Source of the DNA: an uncultured Candidatus Rokubacteria bacterium
GTDB taxonomy: Bacteria > Methylomirabilota > Methylomirabilia > Rokubacteriales > CSP1-6
Direction of reading: 5' to 3'
Assembly: GCA_963771355.1 (NCBI GenBank)
Contig: CAVYTA010000006.1
Coordinates: 1,664,001 to 1,728,000, forward strand
DNA: 64,000 nt
The notes beneath the pieces are model-generated. The model did no database searches. It was not told where the DNA came from and worked only from the letters and a program-made list of their open reading frames with translations. This document shows positions 27,935 through 36,986 of this stretch, piece after piece. Each line of letters starts with the position of its first letter. The first letter of the stretch is position 1. The position numbers were made by a program, and so were the translations under genes.

Positions 27935-30792
27935 GGCCGCCGTAGCGGCAGCGACCAGGACTGGCGGGCGAGGAACCGATCGATGCCGCTCCGGCCCTCC
28001 GCGGACGCCACCGCGAGGCCGAACTGACGCGCCTCGAATGCGAGCCCGGCCTCGAGGCCCTCGGTGAGCCCCACCCGGACCGCCTCCAGGATGGCGCGGG
28101 CGGGGGCCTCCCGCGGGATCGCGTCGTGATGCGCGAGGAGGCGGCGGAGCTCTCCGTCCGCGGCGAGGTCGGGATAGGGCGAGAGCCGCGCGAGGTCACG
28201 TCCCTCCCCGAGCGGTGACCAGCGCGTGCCCGTCCACTCGCCGAGCGCGATGCGACGGGCGATCCCCAGCGCGTGGGACAGGGCGTCCGCGGGCGCGAGC
28301 TCGTCCACCAGGCCGAGCGCCCGCGCGGCCTCCGCCCCACGCCGGCGCCCGTCCAGCAGCATCACCAGCGCGTCGAGGAGGGCCGCGCGATCGGGGCCAC
28401 CGGCCTCGCGCACCCGGCGCAGCGCCAGCCGCGGCAGCGACTGGGTGCCCCCGAACCCCGGCAGGACGTGGAGGTTGATCTCGGGCTGCCCCCACTCGGC
28501 GCGCGCGGCGCCCACGCGCCACGCACAAGCCATCTGGAGCTCGTTCCCGCCCCCCAGCGCATAGCCGTCCACCGCCGCCACCACGGGCGCGCGCAGCCGG
28601 GCGATGCGGATCAACATCCGCTGCACCCGGACGGTGAACTCCTCCACCTCGGCGGGGCCGGCAAACGCGCGCAACGCGCGGATGTCGGCGCCCGCCACGA
28701 ACATGGTCCCCGACCCCGCCAGCACCGCCGCCCGCACTCGCGGCTCGCCCTCGATCGCCTCCACCGCTCGCTCGAGGTCCTCGAGCACGGTCAGGCCGAT
28801 GGCATTGGCGGGGGGCGAGTCCACCGTGATCAGCGCGACGAGGTCTTCAGCGCCCGGGCGGACCGGATCGAGGCGCAGGCGGACGGTGGCCCCGTCGAGG
28901 TAGCGCGAGCCCCAGGCGGTGTAGATTTCACGGGCTCTCCGGGCCGTGTCGAGCGAGGACCTCGCGCCCACGCGAACCGACAAGGTCCCCGCATGGCGGT
29001 TCTCGTGGATGAGCTGATGGCACTCGGCGAGCGCCGTCCAGTCGTGCACCACGGGCGCGTGCGGCGGGAGCGCGCCCGCGTCGAGCAGCCGCACCACCTC
29101 CTCCGCCTGGTGGGCGTTGGAGAGATGAGAGCCGAGCACCGCGAAGGTCGGAAAGAGGACGCGCTTCTCGTGCATCCACACGTTCGGCGCGTAGAAGGAG
29201 AAGCGCCGGCCCTCGGTGGCCTCGACGAAGACCACCCGCCCCGTGAAGGGGCGCGCCAGGAAGGTGCTGATCCCCAGGGTGTCCTGGCCGGCCCGCTCCA
29301 CCACCAGATCGGGATTGCCGCGCGGATTGTCGGCGGTGGCGAGGAGACGGCCCACCGCGAGACCGAACGGCTTGAGCGTGGTGTCCTGATAGGCGCGATA
29401 GCCGTCGAGGTCCACGTCGTAGTCGGGCATCGCGTCCGGCCAGTGGAAGGTGCCGGCGCGCGCCAGCGTCTCCAGGCTGACCACGCCCGACACGGCATGC
29501 GCGGCCTTGACGCGCGCGGCCTGGCGGTCGCGGCAACAGGCGACCACCACGCGCGCGCCGGCGGCCAGGGCCGCCACCGTCACCGCCTCCGCCACGGGAT
29601 CGTCGTCGCCGCCATCCTCCAGTCCCCAGTAGACGAGCACGCCCTCGCGGGGCCGCAGGTCGGCGCGCCGGAGCATCTCGGCCGGCGCGGCTGCGCCCGC
29701 CTTGCCGAGGAAGGTCAGCGTGTAGCCGCTGGTGGCGCCGTAGAAGACGAGCCGGCCGCCCGGCCCGAGGAGATCGACCATGCGGGCGAAGAGATCGCGG
29801 CCCACCGAGGAGACGACCACGTCCATTGGACCGCCTGGGGTCGCGCCGGAGGTCGCAGCGGGCGGACCGCCGCCCTGCCTATCGAGCACGCGCGCGCGGA
29901 AGGCCTCACCGCGGCGCCGCCACTCCGCACGCTCGGCGGCCGCCCGCGGGACCGGCGTGAACACGCCCTCCATACCCGGCGCCTTGCGATTGACATAGTC
30001 GTGGCCGCCCCCGGCGAGGACCAGCCGGCCCTTGTCCTCGGTGGAGACAAGCCCGGTCACGCGCGCGCCGCGCAGGGCGGCCACCGCGACGGCATGGATG
30101 CCGGTGCCGCCGGCCGCGCCTTCCACGAACACCCGCTCGCCCGGCTGCACGCGCGCCACGTCGTACAGCGCCTTGTACACCGTCTCCAGGTCCAGCATGA
30201 AGGCGGAGCCCTCGGGGAGCGTGAGCCGCTCCGTGTGGACGAGCCACTGCGGCGCCTGCCCGCGGACGAACTGGGCGAAGGAGCCGTCCGGCGTCTCGTA
30301 GCCCTGGATCTTGAAGTCGGCGTGCATCGGATCCTCGCCGGCCCGCGGCGAGAGGAGGTTGGACACCCCGGGATAGAGCACCCGGAGCTCGCCCACGCGG
30401 AGCCGTCCCTCGCGCGCCACCTCGCTCCCCAGCGCGGCGACCAGCGCCACCGCGCCCGAGCCCGGCACGTGGAGATCCCGATCGTGAAGGTCGAACACGG
30501 AGATGGGGACGCCGCGGGCGGCGAAGATGGTGTTGTAGGTGAGGCCCGCGTAGAGTACATAGCCCAGTGCCTCGGTGGGGCCGATCTCGGGCACCGGCGT
30601 CACCACGGGCCGCAGCGCGACGGCGGGCTCGCCGTGCGCGGGCCGGCCCCAGCGGTCCTTCACCACCGCCCACACCTCGTGGAGCACGGGAATGGGGTCG
30701 AGCCCCGGGCGGAAGGGCGCCCCCACCGGCAGCGTACCCTCGGCTCCCCGGCGCCACCAGCGCTCGTCCACTTCCTTCGGTTCACCCGACAT
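27931..30792 (-). CDS. Propionyl-CoA-synthase-like enoyl-CoA (carboxy)reductase fused to a C-terminal enoyl-CoA hydratase/dehydratase
   Basis: MDR/CCR-like domain (QGYETPDGSFAQF, EGAAGGTG, FYGATSGY, DNPRGNPDLVVERAG, PFTGRVVF, GSHLSNA), then a crotonase domain (PPANA, FVAGADI, GGGNELQMAC, GQPEINL..PGFGGTQ). ATG 30792 follows AAGGA. Confidence 0.85.
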   Translation of the reverse strand: MSGEPKEVDERWWRRGAEGTLPVGAPFRPGLDPIPVLHEVWAVVKDRWGRPAHGEPAVALRPVVTPVPEIGPTEALGYVLYAGLTYNTIFAARGVPISVFDLHDRDLHVPGSGAVALVAALGSEVAREGRLRVGELRVLYPGVSNLLSPRAGEDPMHADFKIQGYETPDGSFAQFVRGQAPQWLVHTERLTLPEGSAFMLDLETVYKALYDVARVQPGERVFVEGAAGGTGIHAVAVAALRGARVTGLVSTEDKGRLVLAGGGHDYVNRKAPGMEGVFTPVPRAAAERAEWRRRGEAFRARVLDRQGGGPPAATSGATPGGPMDVVVSSVGRDLFARMVDLLGPGGRLVFYGATSGYTLTFLGKAGAAAPAEMLRRADLRPREGVLVYWGLEDGGDDDPVAEAVTVAALAAGARVVVACCRDRQAARVKAAHAVSGVVSLETLARAGTFHWPDAMPDYDVDLDGYRAYQDTTLKPFGLAVGRLLATADNPRGNPDLVVERAGQDTLGISTFLARPFTGRVVFVEATEGRRFSFYAPNVWMHEKRVLFPTFAVLGSHLSNAHQAEEVVRLLDAGALPPHAPVVHDWTALAECHQLIHENRHAGTLSVRVGARSSLDTARRAREIYTAWGSRYLDGATVRLRLDPVRPGAEDLVALITVDSPPANAIGLTVLEDLERAVEAIEGEPRVRAAVLAGSGTMFVAGADIRALRAFAGPAEVEEFTVRVQRMLIRIARLRAPVVAAVDGYALGGGNELQMACAWRVGAARAEWGQPEINLHVLPGFGGTQSLPRLALRRVREAGGPDRAALLDALVMLLDGRRRGAEAARALGLVDELAPADALSHALGIARRIALGEWTGTRWSPLGEGRDLARLSPYPDLAADGELRRLLAHHDAIPREAPARAILEAVRVGLTEGLEAGLAFEARQFGLAVASAEGRSGIDRFLARQSWSLPLRRP

Positions 30793-30815
30793 CGCGGGTT
30801 CCTTTCTCTCGACTA

Positions 30816-31871
30816 TCAGCTGGTTGGGCCTCGCTCGATGCGCCATTGGATCATGTCATGGCCCGCGCGGGAAGACCGGGCGATCTCGAGCCGCAGTCGC
30901 CGGTCGTGCACGGAGAGCGCGCCGTGCCAGACCTCGCTCCACGCCTCGAAGGCCGCCGGGTGCAGGGGCGCCAGGCCCTCCGCCAGCCGCCAGCCCGTTT
31001 GCCGGACCACGGCCCCCCCTCCCGACGCGTCCACGTGCACGGTCTCGCCCTGGGCGCGCGCGAGGCGCGCCAGGTACTCGGCAAAGCCCGCCGCGCCGCC
31101 CGCGCGCACTCCCAGCAGCGCCGCCGTCTCGTCATAGAACTGCATCCCGATAAGCCGCGCCGCGTGTCCGAGAAGTCGGTGCATCTCCTCCGGCCCCACG
31201 AGGTCCTGCAGCACCGGCATCAGGGTGCGCACGTACTCCATCGCATAGCTGCGCACCACCTTGTCGAGACGCTCGGGCGTCCAGATCGCGGGATCGAGGC
31301 GCGGGGCCTTCGCAGGGTCCGCGTCGGGCATGCGCTCGCCCGGGGCGAACCGCACGCGCTCGTGCGGCGCGAGGGCATGGTCGTGCTCGAGGTAGTACCC
31401 CTCGAGGCCGGGCTGCCCGTCCACCGTCTGGCCCGTGCACACGAAGCCCAGCCTCGGATTGCCGAGGCTGACGCCGTTGTGGCCGTGCCAGCCCTCCAGC
31501 ATGGCGGCGTTGACGCGGCTCGGGATGGCGCAGATCGAGGCGCCGGCCCAGATCCACCGCGGCGGGGGGTAGCGCACCCACGCCTTCGTGTCCGATTGGT
31601 GGACGTACTCCGTCTTGACGCCGCCGAGTCGGTTCGAGAGGTAGTGATACTGCGCGCAGGCCACCGCGTGCGGCAGCCGGTCGAGGCCGAGCTTGGCGAG
31701 GCCGGGCAGAAACTTCTCGAGGTGCTGGCGCCGGAAGAGCCGGAACATCAGCTCCGCCGCCATGGTCTCGCCACGGCGCGTGATCAGCGTCAGCACGCAG
31801 CCGGTGAGGAGCCCTTGGTAGAGGACGGACACCGCGCGGTAGGCCGCGGTGTCGCCGGCCGCTAGGGTCAT
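30816..31871 (-). CDS. Conserved hypothetical protein
   Basis: ATG 31871 overlaps the upstream stop (ATGA); protein-like motifs CAQYHYLSN, WVRYPPPRW, GWHGHNGVSLGNPRLGFVCT. The track extension to 33191 is an off-frame shadow. Confidence 0.8.
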   Translation of the reverse strand: MTLAAGDTAAYRAVSVLYQGLLTGCVLTLITRRGETMAAELMFRLFRRQHLEKFLPGLAKLGLDRLPHAVACAQYHYLSNRLGGVKTEYVHQSDTKAWVRYPPPRWIWAGASICAIPSRVNAAMLEGWHGHNGVSLGNPRLGFVCTGQTVDGQPGLEGYYLEHDHALAPHERVRFAPGERMPDADPAKAPRLDPAIWTPERLDKVVRSYAMEYVRTLMPVLQDLVGPEEMHRLLGHAARLIGMQFYDETAALLGVRAGGAAGFAEYLARLARAQGETVHVDASGGGAVVRQTGWRLAEGLAPLHPAAFEAWSEVWHGALSVHDRRLRLEIARSSRAGHDMIQWRIERGPTS

Positions 31872-34237
31872 CGAGGCCGGAGCTGTTCGGGCAGGATGGG
31901 CAGCGCGGTCACCACCACGCCCAGCGAGGCTACCGCATCGGCCACCGCGTTGGCGATGGCGGCGGGCGCGCCGATGGTGCCGCCCTCTCCCATGCCCTTG
32001 TAGCCGCCGGGCGTCAGGGGCGAGGGCGTCTCGCGGTGGCCGATGTCGAACGACGGGAGGTCGGCGGCGGCGGGCAGCGCATAGTCCATGAGGGTCCCGG
32101 TGAGGAGCTGTCCCGCCTCGTCGTAGACCAGCCGCTCGCCCAGCGCCTCGCCAATGCCCTGGGCCAGAGCGCCATGGATCTGCCCGCGCACGATCATGGG
32201 GTTGATCACGGGGCCGCAGTCCTCGACCACGACGTAGTCGCGTACGGCGACGCGCCCGGTCTCGGCGTCCACCTCCACGTTGGCCACATGCACCGCGCCC
32301 GAGAAGGTCGGTCCCGGCGGATCGAAGCGCTCGGTCTCGGCCAGCGCCGCGGGCGCCCCGGCGCCGTCCCCCGCCCCATCCCCAGCGCGATCCCCAGCGC
32401 CATCGGTGCCTGCGGATTCGGCAATCCGCGCGATGTCGCCGAGCGCGAGCCCGCGGTCCGGCACGCCGCGCACGCTCGCCCGCCCGCCGGCCAGCACGAG
32501 ATCGGCCGCGCTCACCTCGAGCCGCGTGGCGGCCAGCGCGAGCACCCGCTCGCGCACCCGGCGGGCGGCGCCGTCGGCCGCGCCGCTCGACACGATGGCC
32601 CCGCGGCTGGCGAAGGTGCCGCTTCCCGCGGGCGCCACGTCGGTGTCGGGCTGCCGCACGGTCACGCGCTCGAGGGGAACGCCGAGCCGGTCGGCCACGA
32701 GCTGGGCCACCGTGGTTCCGTGGCCCTGCCCCTGGGTCGGGAAGGAGACCTCGCAGATCACGTCGCCGTGAGGGGTCACGCGCACGGTCGCCGCCTCGTC
32801 GCCCGGCACGTCCATCATGCCCCGGCCGCGATAGGTCCGCGAGCCGATGCCGGTCGATTCCGTGTAGCAGGCGATGCCGATGCCGACCAGGCGTCCCTGG
32901 GCTCGCTGGGCCGTCTGCTGCGCGCGCCGCTCTTCGTACTGAGCCCGCTCGAGGGCGTCGGCGAGGGCAGCGGGAAAGTCGCCGCTGTCGTAGACGAAGC
33001 CCGAGGCGGAGGTGAAGGGATAGCGCTCGCGCGGAATCAGGTTGCGACGGCGGACCTCGGCGGGGTCGAGGCCGAGGCGGGCAGCCAGGAGATCGAGCGT
33101 CCGCTCCATGGCGAAGGCGCCCATGGTCATGCCCACTCCGCGATAGGCGCCCAGCGGCGGCTTGTTGGTGGCGACCGCGACCGCATGCCACTCATAGGCG
33201 GGGGTGAGGTACGGCCCCGGCAGGATATTGGCGATGCCCAGCGGCTCGAGCGCCTGGGTGAGCGGGAAGATCTGATAGGCGCCCGCGTCCGAGTAGACCC
33301 GCGCGCGCAGCGCGAGGAGCACCCCCCGGCCGTCGGCGGCGGCCTCCACCTCGACCCGCGCCTCGCGCGCCTGAGAGGCGGCGGCGAGATTCTCGCGTCG
33401 CGTCTCCACCCACTTCACGGGGCGGCCGGTGGCGCGCGCCAGGGCCGCCACCGCCAGGTCCTCGGGCAGCAGGTGCATTTTCTGGCCGAAGCCGCCGCCG
33501 GTATCGGGAACGATCACGCGCACCTGGCCGCCGTCGAGCCCGAAGGCTCCGGCCAGGCCCACCCGCATCACGTGCGGGATCTGCGTGCTCATCCACGCCG
33601 TGAGCCGGCCCCCGTCCCAGGAGGCCACGATCCCGCGCGCCTCCAGCGGCGAGGCGGACACCCGCGCATGCGTGAAGGTCTCCGCGATCCGCACTGCGGC
33701 GCGGGCGAAGCCTCCCTCCACGTCGCCGAGCTGGTGACGACGCTCGAAGAGGAGATTGCCGGGCAGCGCGTCGTGGACCCGCGGCGCGTCTGGAGCCAGC
33801 GCCGCGCCGGCATCGGCCACCACCGCCAGCGGCGCATAGACGACATCCATCGCTTCCGCGCCGTCGGCCGCGGCATAGGGGCTGTCCGCGGCGACCACCC
33901 CCACCGCTTCCCCCACGAAGCAGGCGCGCTCGGGGGCGAGCGGGGCCCACGCGGTAGAAAAGTAGCCGCCCCCCTCGAGCCGTGGGGCCAGCGGGCCCAC
34001 CGTGCCCACGAGATCCGCGCCGCTGAGCGCGCCCCGCACCCCGGGCACCGCGCGCGCCGCGCCCGTCTCCACCGCGAGCACACGCGCGTGCGCGTGCGGG
34101 CTGCGGACGAAGGCGGCATGGAGGCAGCCGGCAGGATGCAGGTCGTCGAGATATTCGCCGCGTCCCGAGAGGAGACGGGGATCCTCGGTGCGCCTCACGG
34201 AGGCGCCGGTGTAGCGGAGCGCGGAGGCGTCGCTCAG
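31868..34237 (-). CDS. Xanthine dehydrogenase/CoxL-family molybdopterin-binding large subunit
   Basis: RRTEDPRLLSGRGEYLDD, VRSPHAHA, TGGGFGQK, GAYRGVG, QGQGHGT, GTFASRG, GQIHGALAQGIG, YKGMGEGG. Start inferred as CTG 34237 overlapping the upstream stop (alternative GTG 34198). Confidence 0.9.
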   Translation of the reverse strand: MSDASALRYTGASVRRTEDPRLLSGRGEYLDDLHPAGCLHAAFVRSPHAHARVLAVETGAARAVPGVRGALSGADLVGTVGPLAPRLEGGGYFSTAWAPLAPERACFVGEAVGVVAADSPYAAADGAEAMDVVYAPLAVVADAGAALAPDAPRVHDALPGNLLFERRHQLGDVEGGFARAAVRIAETFTHARVSASPLEARGIVASWDGGRLTAWMSTQIPHVMRVGLAGAFGLDGGQVRVIVPDTGGGFGQKMHLLPEDLAVAALARATGRPVKWVETRRENLAAASQAREARVEVEAAADGRGVLLALRARVYSDAGAYQIFPLTQALEPLGIANILPGPYLTPAYEWHAVAVATNKPPLGAYRGVGMTMGAFAMERTLDLLAARLGLDPAEVRRRNLIPRERYPFTSASGFVYDSGDFPAALADALERAQYEERRAQQTAQRAQGRLVGIGIACYTESTGIGSRTYRGRGMMDVPGDEAATVRVTPHGDVICEVSFPTQGQGHGTTVAQLVADRLGVPLERVTVRQPDTDVAPAGSGTFASRGAIVSSGAADGAARRVRERVLALAATRLEVSAADLVLAGGRASVRGVPDRGLALGDIARIAESAGTDGAGDRAGDGAGDGAGAPAALAETERFDPPGPTFSGAVHVANVEVDAETGRVAVRDYVVVEDCGPVINPMIVRGQIHGALAQGIGEALGERLVYDEAGQLLTGTLMDYALPAAADLPSFDIGHRETPSPLTPGGYKGMGEGGTIGAPAAIANAVADAVASLGVVVTALPILPEQLRPR

Positions 34238-35232
34238 GGCTTGACCACCCGCGGCAGCACCTCTCCGGCCAGCAGCTCGAGCTGCTCCAGGCTCCAGTCG
34301 AGCGGATTCAGCACGATGTGCTCGCAGCCGCCAAGCGTCGCGACCTTTTTCCGGATCTTGTCCGCCACCTCCTCGGCCTCGCCGAGGAGGTAGAACTCCT
34401 TCCAGTAGGGCAGATCCATCCCGGAATATGTCTTGAAGCGGGGAATGGCCGACTCCGGCTTCTCCCCCTTCTTCAGCACCCAGACGAAGTTCGAGTAGAC
34501 CTTGGTCATGTCGTCCGGCTTCCGGCCGAACTCGGCCATGAAGCGCTGGATCTTGTCCCAGTCCCCCTTGACCATGTCGGCGGTGGAGGAGGAGTGGGGC
34601 ACCCAGGTCTTGGCGTACTTGGCGATGCGGCGCAGCACCGGATCGATATTGGCCACGGTCTGGGCGTAGATCTTCTCCGACGGCTGCGTGCCGCCCCCGA
34701 TCCAGATGGGCGGGTGCGGCTTCTGCACCGGCTTGGGATCGATGGTCAGGTTCTCGAACGCGTAGTACTTGCCCTTGTAGGTCACACGGTCGCCCGCCCA
34801 GAGCGCGGTCACCGCCTCCAGCATCTCGTCCATGCGGCGGCCGCGTTCCCGGTGCGGCACGCCCATGAGGGCGAACTCCTCCTCGTGCCAGCCCACGCCC
34901 ACCCCCAGAATCGACCGCCCCCCGGAGAGGAGATCGAGGGTGGCCCACTCCTTGGCGAAGTAGGCGGGGTTGCGCAGCGGCAGCACCAGCACCATGGTGC
35001 CGAGCCGCATGGTGCGCGTGACGCCGGCCAGCGCGGAGAGCAGCGCCACCGGCTCGAGCCAGGTGCAGGCGTAGGCGGGCGGGGTGAGCAGCAGATGGTC
35101 GATGGACACCGCGCAGTCGAAGCCGAGATCCTCGGCGCGCCGGAGATACGCCCCCATGTCGGCCAGGGTTGCGGTGCGCGGGCCGAGCGCGAAGCTGGGA
35201 ATCCTCAGACCGAACTTCACCGGGGTGGTCAT
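34234..35232 (-). CDS. LLM-class flavin- or F420-dependent oxidoreductase
   Basis: AEDLGFD..IDH, LRNPAYFAKEWATLDLLSGGR..GVGVGW..EF, PKPVQKPHPPIWIGG. Confidence 0.9.
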   Translation of the reverse strand: MTTPVKFGLRIPSFALGPRTATLADMGAYLRRAEDLGFDCAVSIDHLLLTPPAYACTWLEPVALLSALAGVTRTMRLGTMVLVLPLRNPAYFAKEWATLDLLSGGRSILGVGVGWHEEEFALMGVPHRERGRRMDEMLEAVTALWAGDRVTYKGKYYAFENLTIDPKPVQKPHPPIWIGGGTQPSEKIYAQTVANIDPVLRRIAKYAKTWVPHSSSTADMVKGDWDKIQRFMAEFGRKPDDMTKVYSNFVWVLKKGEKPESAIPRFKTYSGMDLPYWKEFYLLGEAEEVADKIRKKVATLGGCEHIVLNPLDWSLEQLELLAGEVLPRVVKP

Positions 35233-35798
35233 CGGAGTCCGTCCTCCTTCTTGGCCTCGGCCACGGTGAGTCCGCCCACGCGCGCGTGAGGCCGCCCGCC
35301 GTCCGTCACCACGAGGGCCACGAGGATCTCACCCGCCTTCGGCGCGTCTACCAGACGGACTTCCATGGCGTCGAAGTGGGTGCGGACGAAGGCGGCGTCC
35401 TTGTAGTGCAGTGGCACGTCGATGGACGTGCCCGGGCCGCCGAGCTTCTTGGCCGAGGGGATGATGGCTTTCCCGCCGTCCACCGCGGCGCGGAAGGGCG
35501 TGCCCAGCGTCGGGTGCAGGATGGCGGCGGCATGCTCGTACTCGCCGTCCACGCCCACCACCGCCGCCTTGCCATAGGAGTGCACCGGCGCGCCGAGTGC
35601 CGCCACCGCACGGCGGCCAAGCAAGTCGCCCAGTTCCTCCCCCGTCTTCACCAGCTCCCCCAGGTCTTCCTGGTAGCGGCCCGCGAAGGGATTCTCGATC
35701 ACTGCCACCGCGGCGACCTTCTTGACCGGCTTCGCCGCGCGGCGTCCGCCGTCTTCCAGGATCTCCTCCGTCACCGTCACGAGCTTGCGGATCTTCAT
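35229..35798 (-). CDS. DUF1185 / amino-acid-synthesis family protein
   Basis: AVIENPFAGRY, SYGKAAVVGVDGEYEHAAAILH, IDVPLHYKDAAFVRTHFD, GRPHARVGG. Confidence 0.85.
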   Translation of the reverse strand: MKIRKLVTVTEEILEDGGRRAAKPVKKVAAVAVIENPFAGRYQEDLGELVKTGEELGDLLGRRAVAALGAPVHSYGKAAVVGVDGEYEHAAAILHPTLGTPFRAAVDGGKAIIPSAKKLGGPGTSIDVPLHYKDAAFVRTHFDAMEVRLVDAPKAGEILVALVVTDGGRPHARVGGLTVAEAKKEDGLR

Positions 35799-36973
35799 CA
35801 ATGCGCTCCTCCCGCGGGGCCCTGGCCCTTGATGACCTCGGCGGCGCGTGCCGCCGGCGGCGTGTTGCGGCTGCGTCCGATACGGATCTGCCCATCGATG
35901 AGCACCATGGAGATACCGAAGAGATCGCCCGCCCGCAGCGCCTCCAGCGCGGTCCCGCCCACCGAGCCCACCGGCGCGTCCACGAGGCAGCAGTCGGCCT
36001 CGCGGCCGGGCGCGATCTGGCCCACCGGCAGCCCGTAGACACGCGCGGTATTGCCGGTCGCCATGCAGATGGCCACCTCCGGCGCGACCCCGCCCAGCGA
36101 GGCGAGATGCGCGATGACGCGCAGGATGCCGAGCGGCACCACTCCGGTTCCGGACGGGGCATCGTTACCGATGATGATCCGGTGCAGGGCGCGAGCGTCG
36201 GTGGCGCGGGCCAGCGTGTGGAGCGCGGTCTTGCCGTTGCCGCAGTGGACGATCTCCAGCGCCATGCTCGTGGTCACGAGCGAATCGATCTCGCGCTCGC
36301 TCATGGAGGTAGTACCGCCGTTGATGTGGCCCACCACGTGGGGATCGGCCTCGAGGACCACCTCGGCGCTGATGGGATTGGAGCCGGCGATGGACGGCCC
36401 GCCGGTGTGAATGGTCACGGTCATCCCGTGCTTGCGGGCCCAGCGGACCATGGGGGCCGCGTCCTTACCCGTCTTCACCGAGCCCAGCCCGATCTCGCCC
36501 ACGAGCTTCACCCCGGCGCGGGCCATCTCCACGAAGTCCTCCTCCACCAGCCCGAGCTCGAGGATGGGCGCCCCGCCGTGCACCTTGACGCCGGCGGGCC
36601 GGAGGTTCGCGTAGGCCTTGGACGCCACGATGGCCAGGGCCTTGAGCCCCACGATGTCTCTTGGCCTTCCGGGAAGGTGAACCTCCCCCGCCGAGATCAT
36701 TGTCGTGAGACCGCCGTGGAGGCCCGACTCGATGAAGTCCATCGTCCGCTGCCGTGGGGTGAAGTCGCCGAAGACGGGATGGCAATGCGAGTCGATGAGC
36801 CCGGGGATGAGGGTGCTGCCCTTGGCGTCGATGACGGTGTCGGCGTCCGCGTCGAGGCCGCGGCCCAGCGCGACGAACCTCCCGTCCGCGATGAGGACGG
36901 CGGTCTCGTCGAGGAGCGGCCGCTCGATGTCCCCCGAGACGATCTGGCCGATGTTCTTGATCAGCGTCCGCAT
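35798..36973 (-). CDS. ena: Enamidase-like metal-dependent amidohydrolase
   Basis: IKNIGQIVSGDI, PGLIDSHCH, PRQRTMDFI, GVKVHGGA, HTGG, HINGG, GNDAPSGTG, SRNTPPA; closely resembles the Eubacterium barkeri enamidase sequence as recalled. Confidence 0.82.
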   Translation of the reverse strand: MRTLIKNIGQIVSGDIERPLLDETAVLIADGRFVALGRGLDADADTVIDAKGSTLIPGLIDSHCHPVFGDFTPRQRTMDFIESGLHGGLTTMISAGEVHLPGRPRDIVGLKALAIVASKAYANLRPAGVKVHGGAPILELGLVEEDFVEMARAGVKLVGEIGLGSVKTGKDAAPMVRWARKHGMTVTIHTGGPSIAGSNPISAEVVLEADPHVVGHINGGTTSMSEREIDSLVTTSMALEIVHCGNGKTALHTLARATDARALHRIIIGNDAPSGTGVVPLGILRVIAHLASLGGVAPEVAICMATGNTARVYGLPVGQIAPGREADCCLVDAPVGSVGGTALEALRAGDLFGISMVLIDGQIRIGRSRNTPPAARAAEVIKGQGPAGGAH

Positions 36974-36986
36974 CAGTCACGTGTCC

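Noticed and set aside
31868..34237. Aerobic CO dehydrogenase call for the Mo subunit
   Set aside because: Active-site loop is AYRGVG rather than AYxCSFR, and there are no coxS/M or accessory genes.
30816..34948. Apparent long fusions 30816-33191 and 31868-34948 in the ORF track
   Set aside because: The N-terminal extensions are off-frame reads through the upstream genes; real starts are at the stop/start overlaps (31871 and about 34237).
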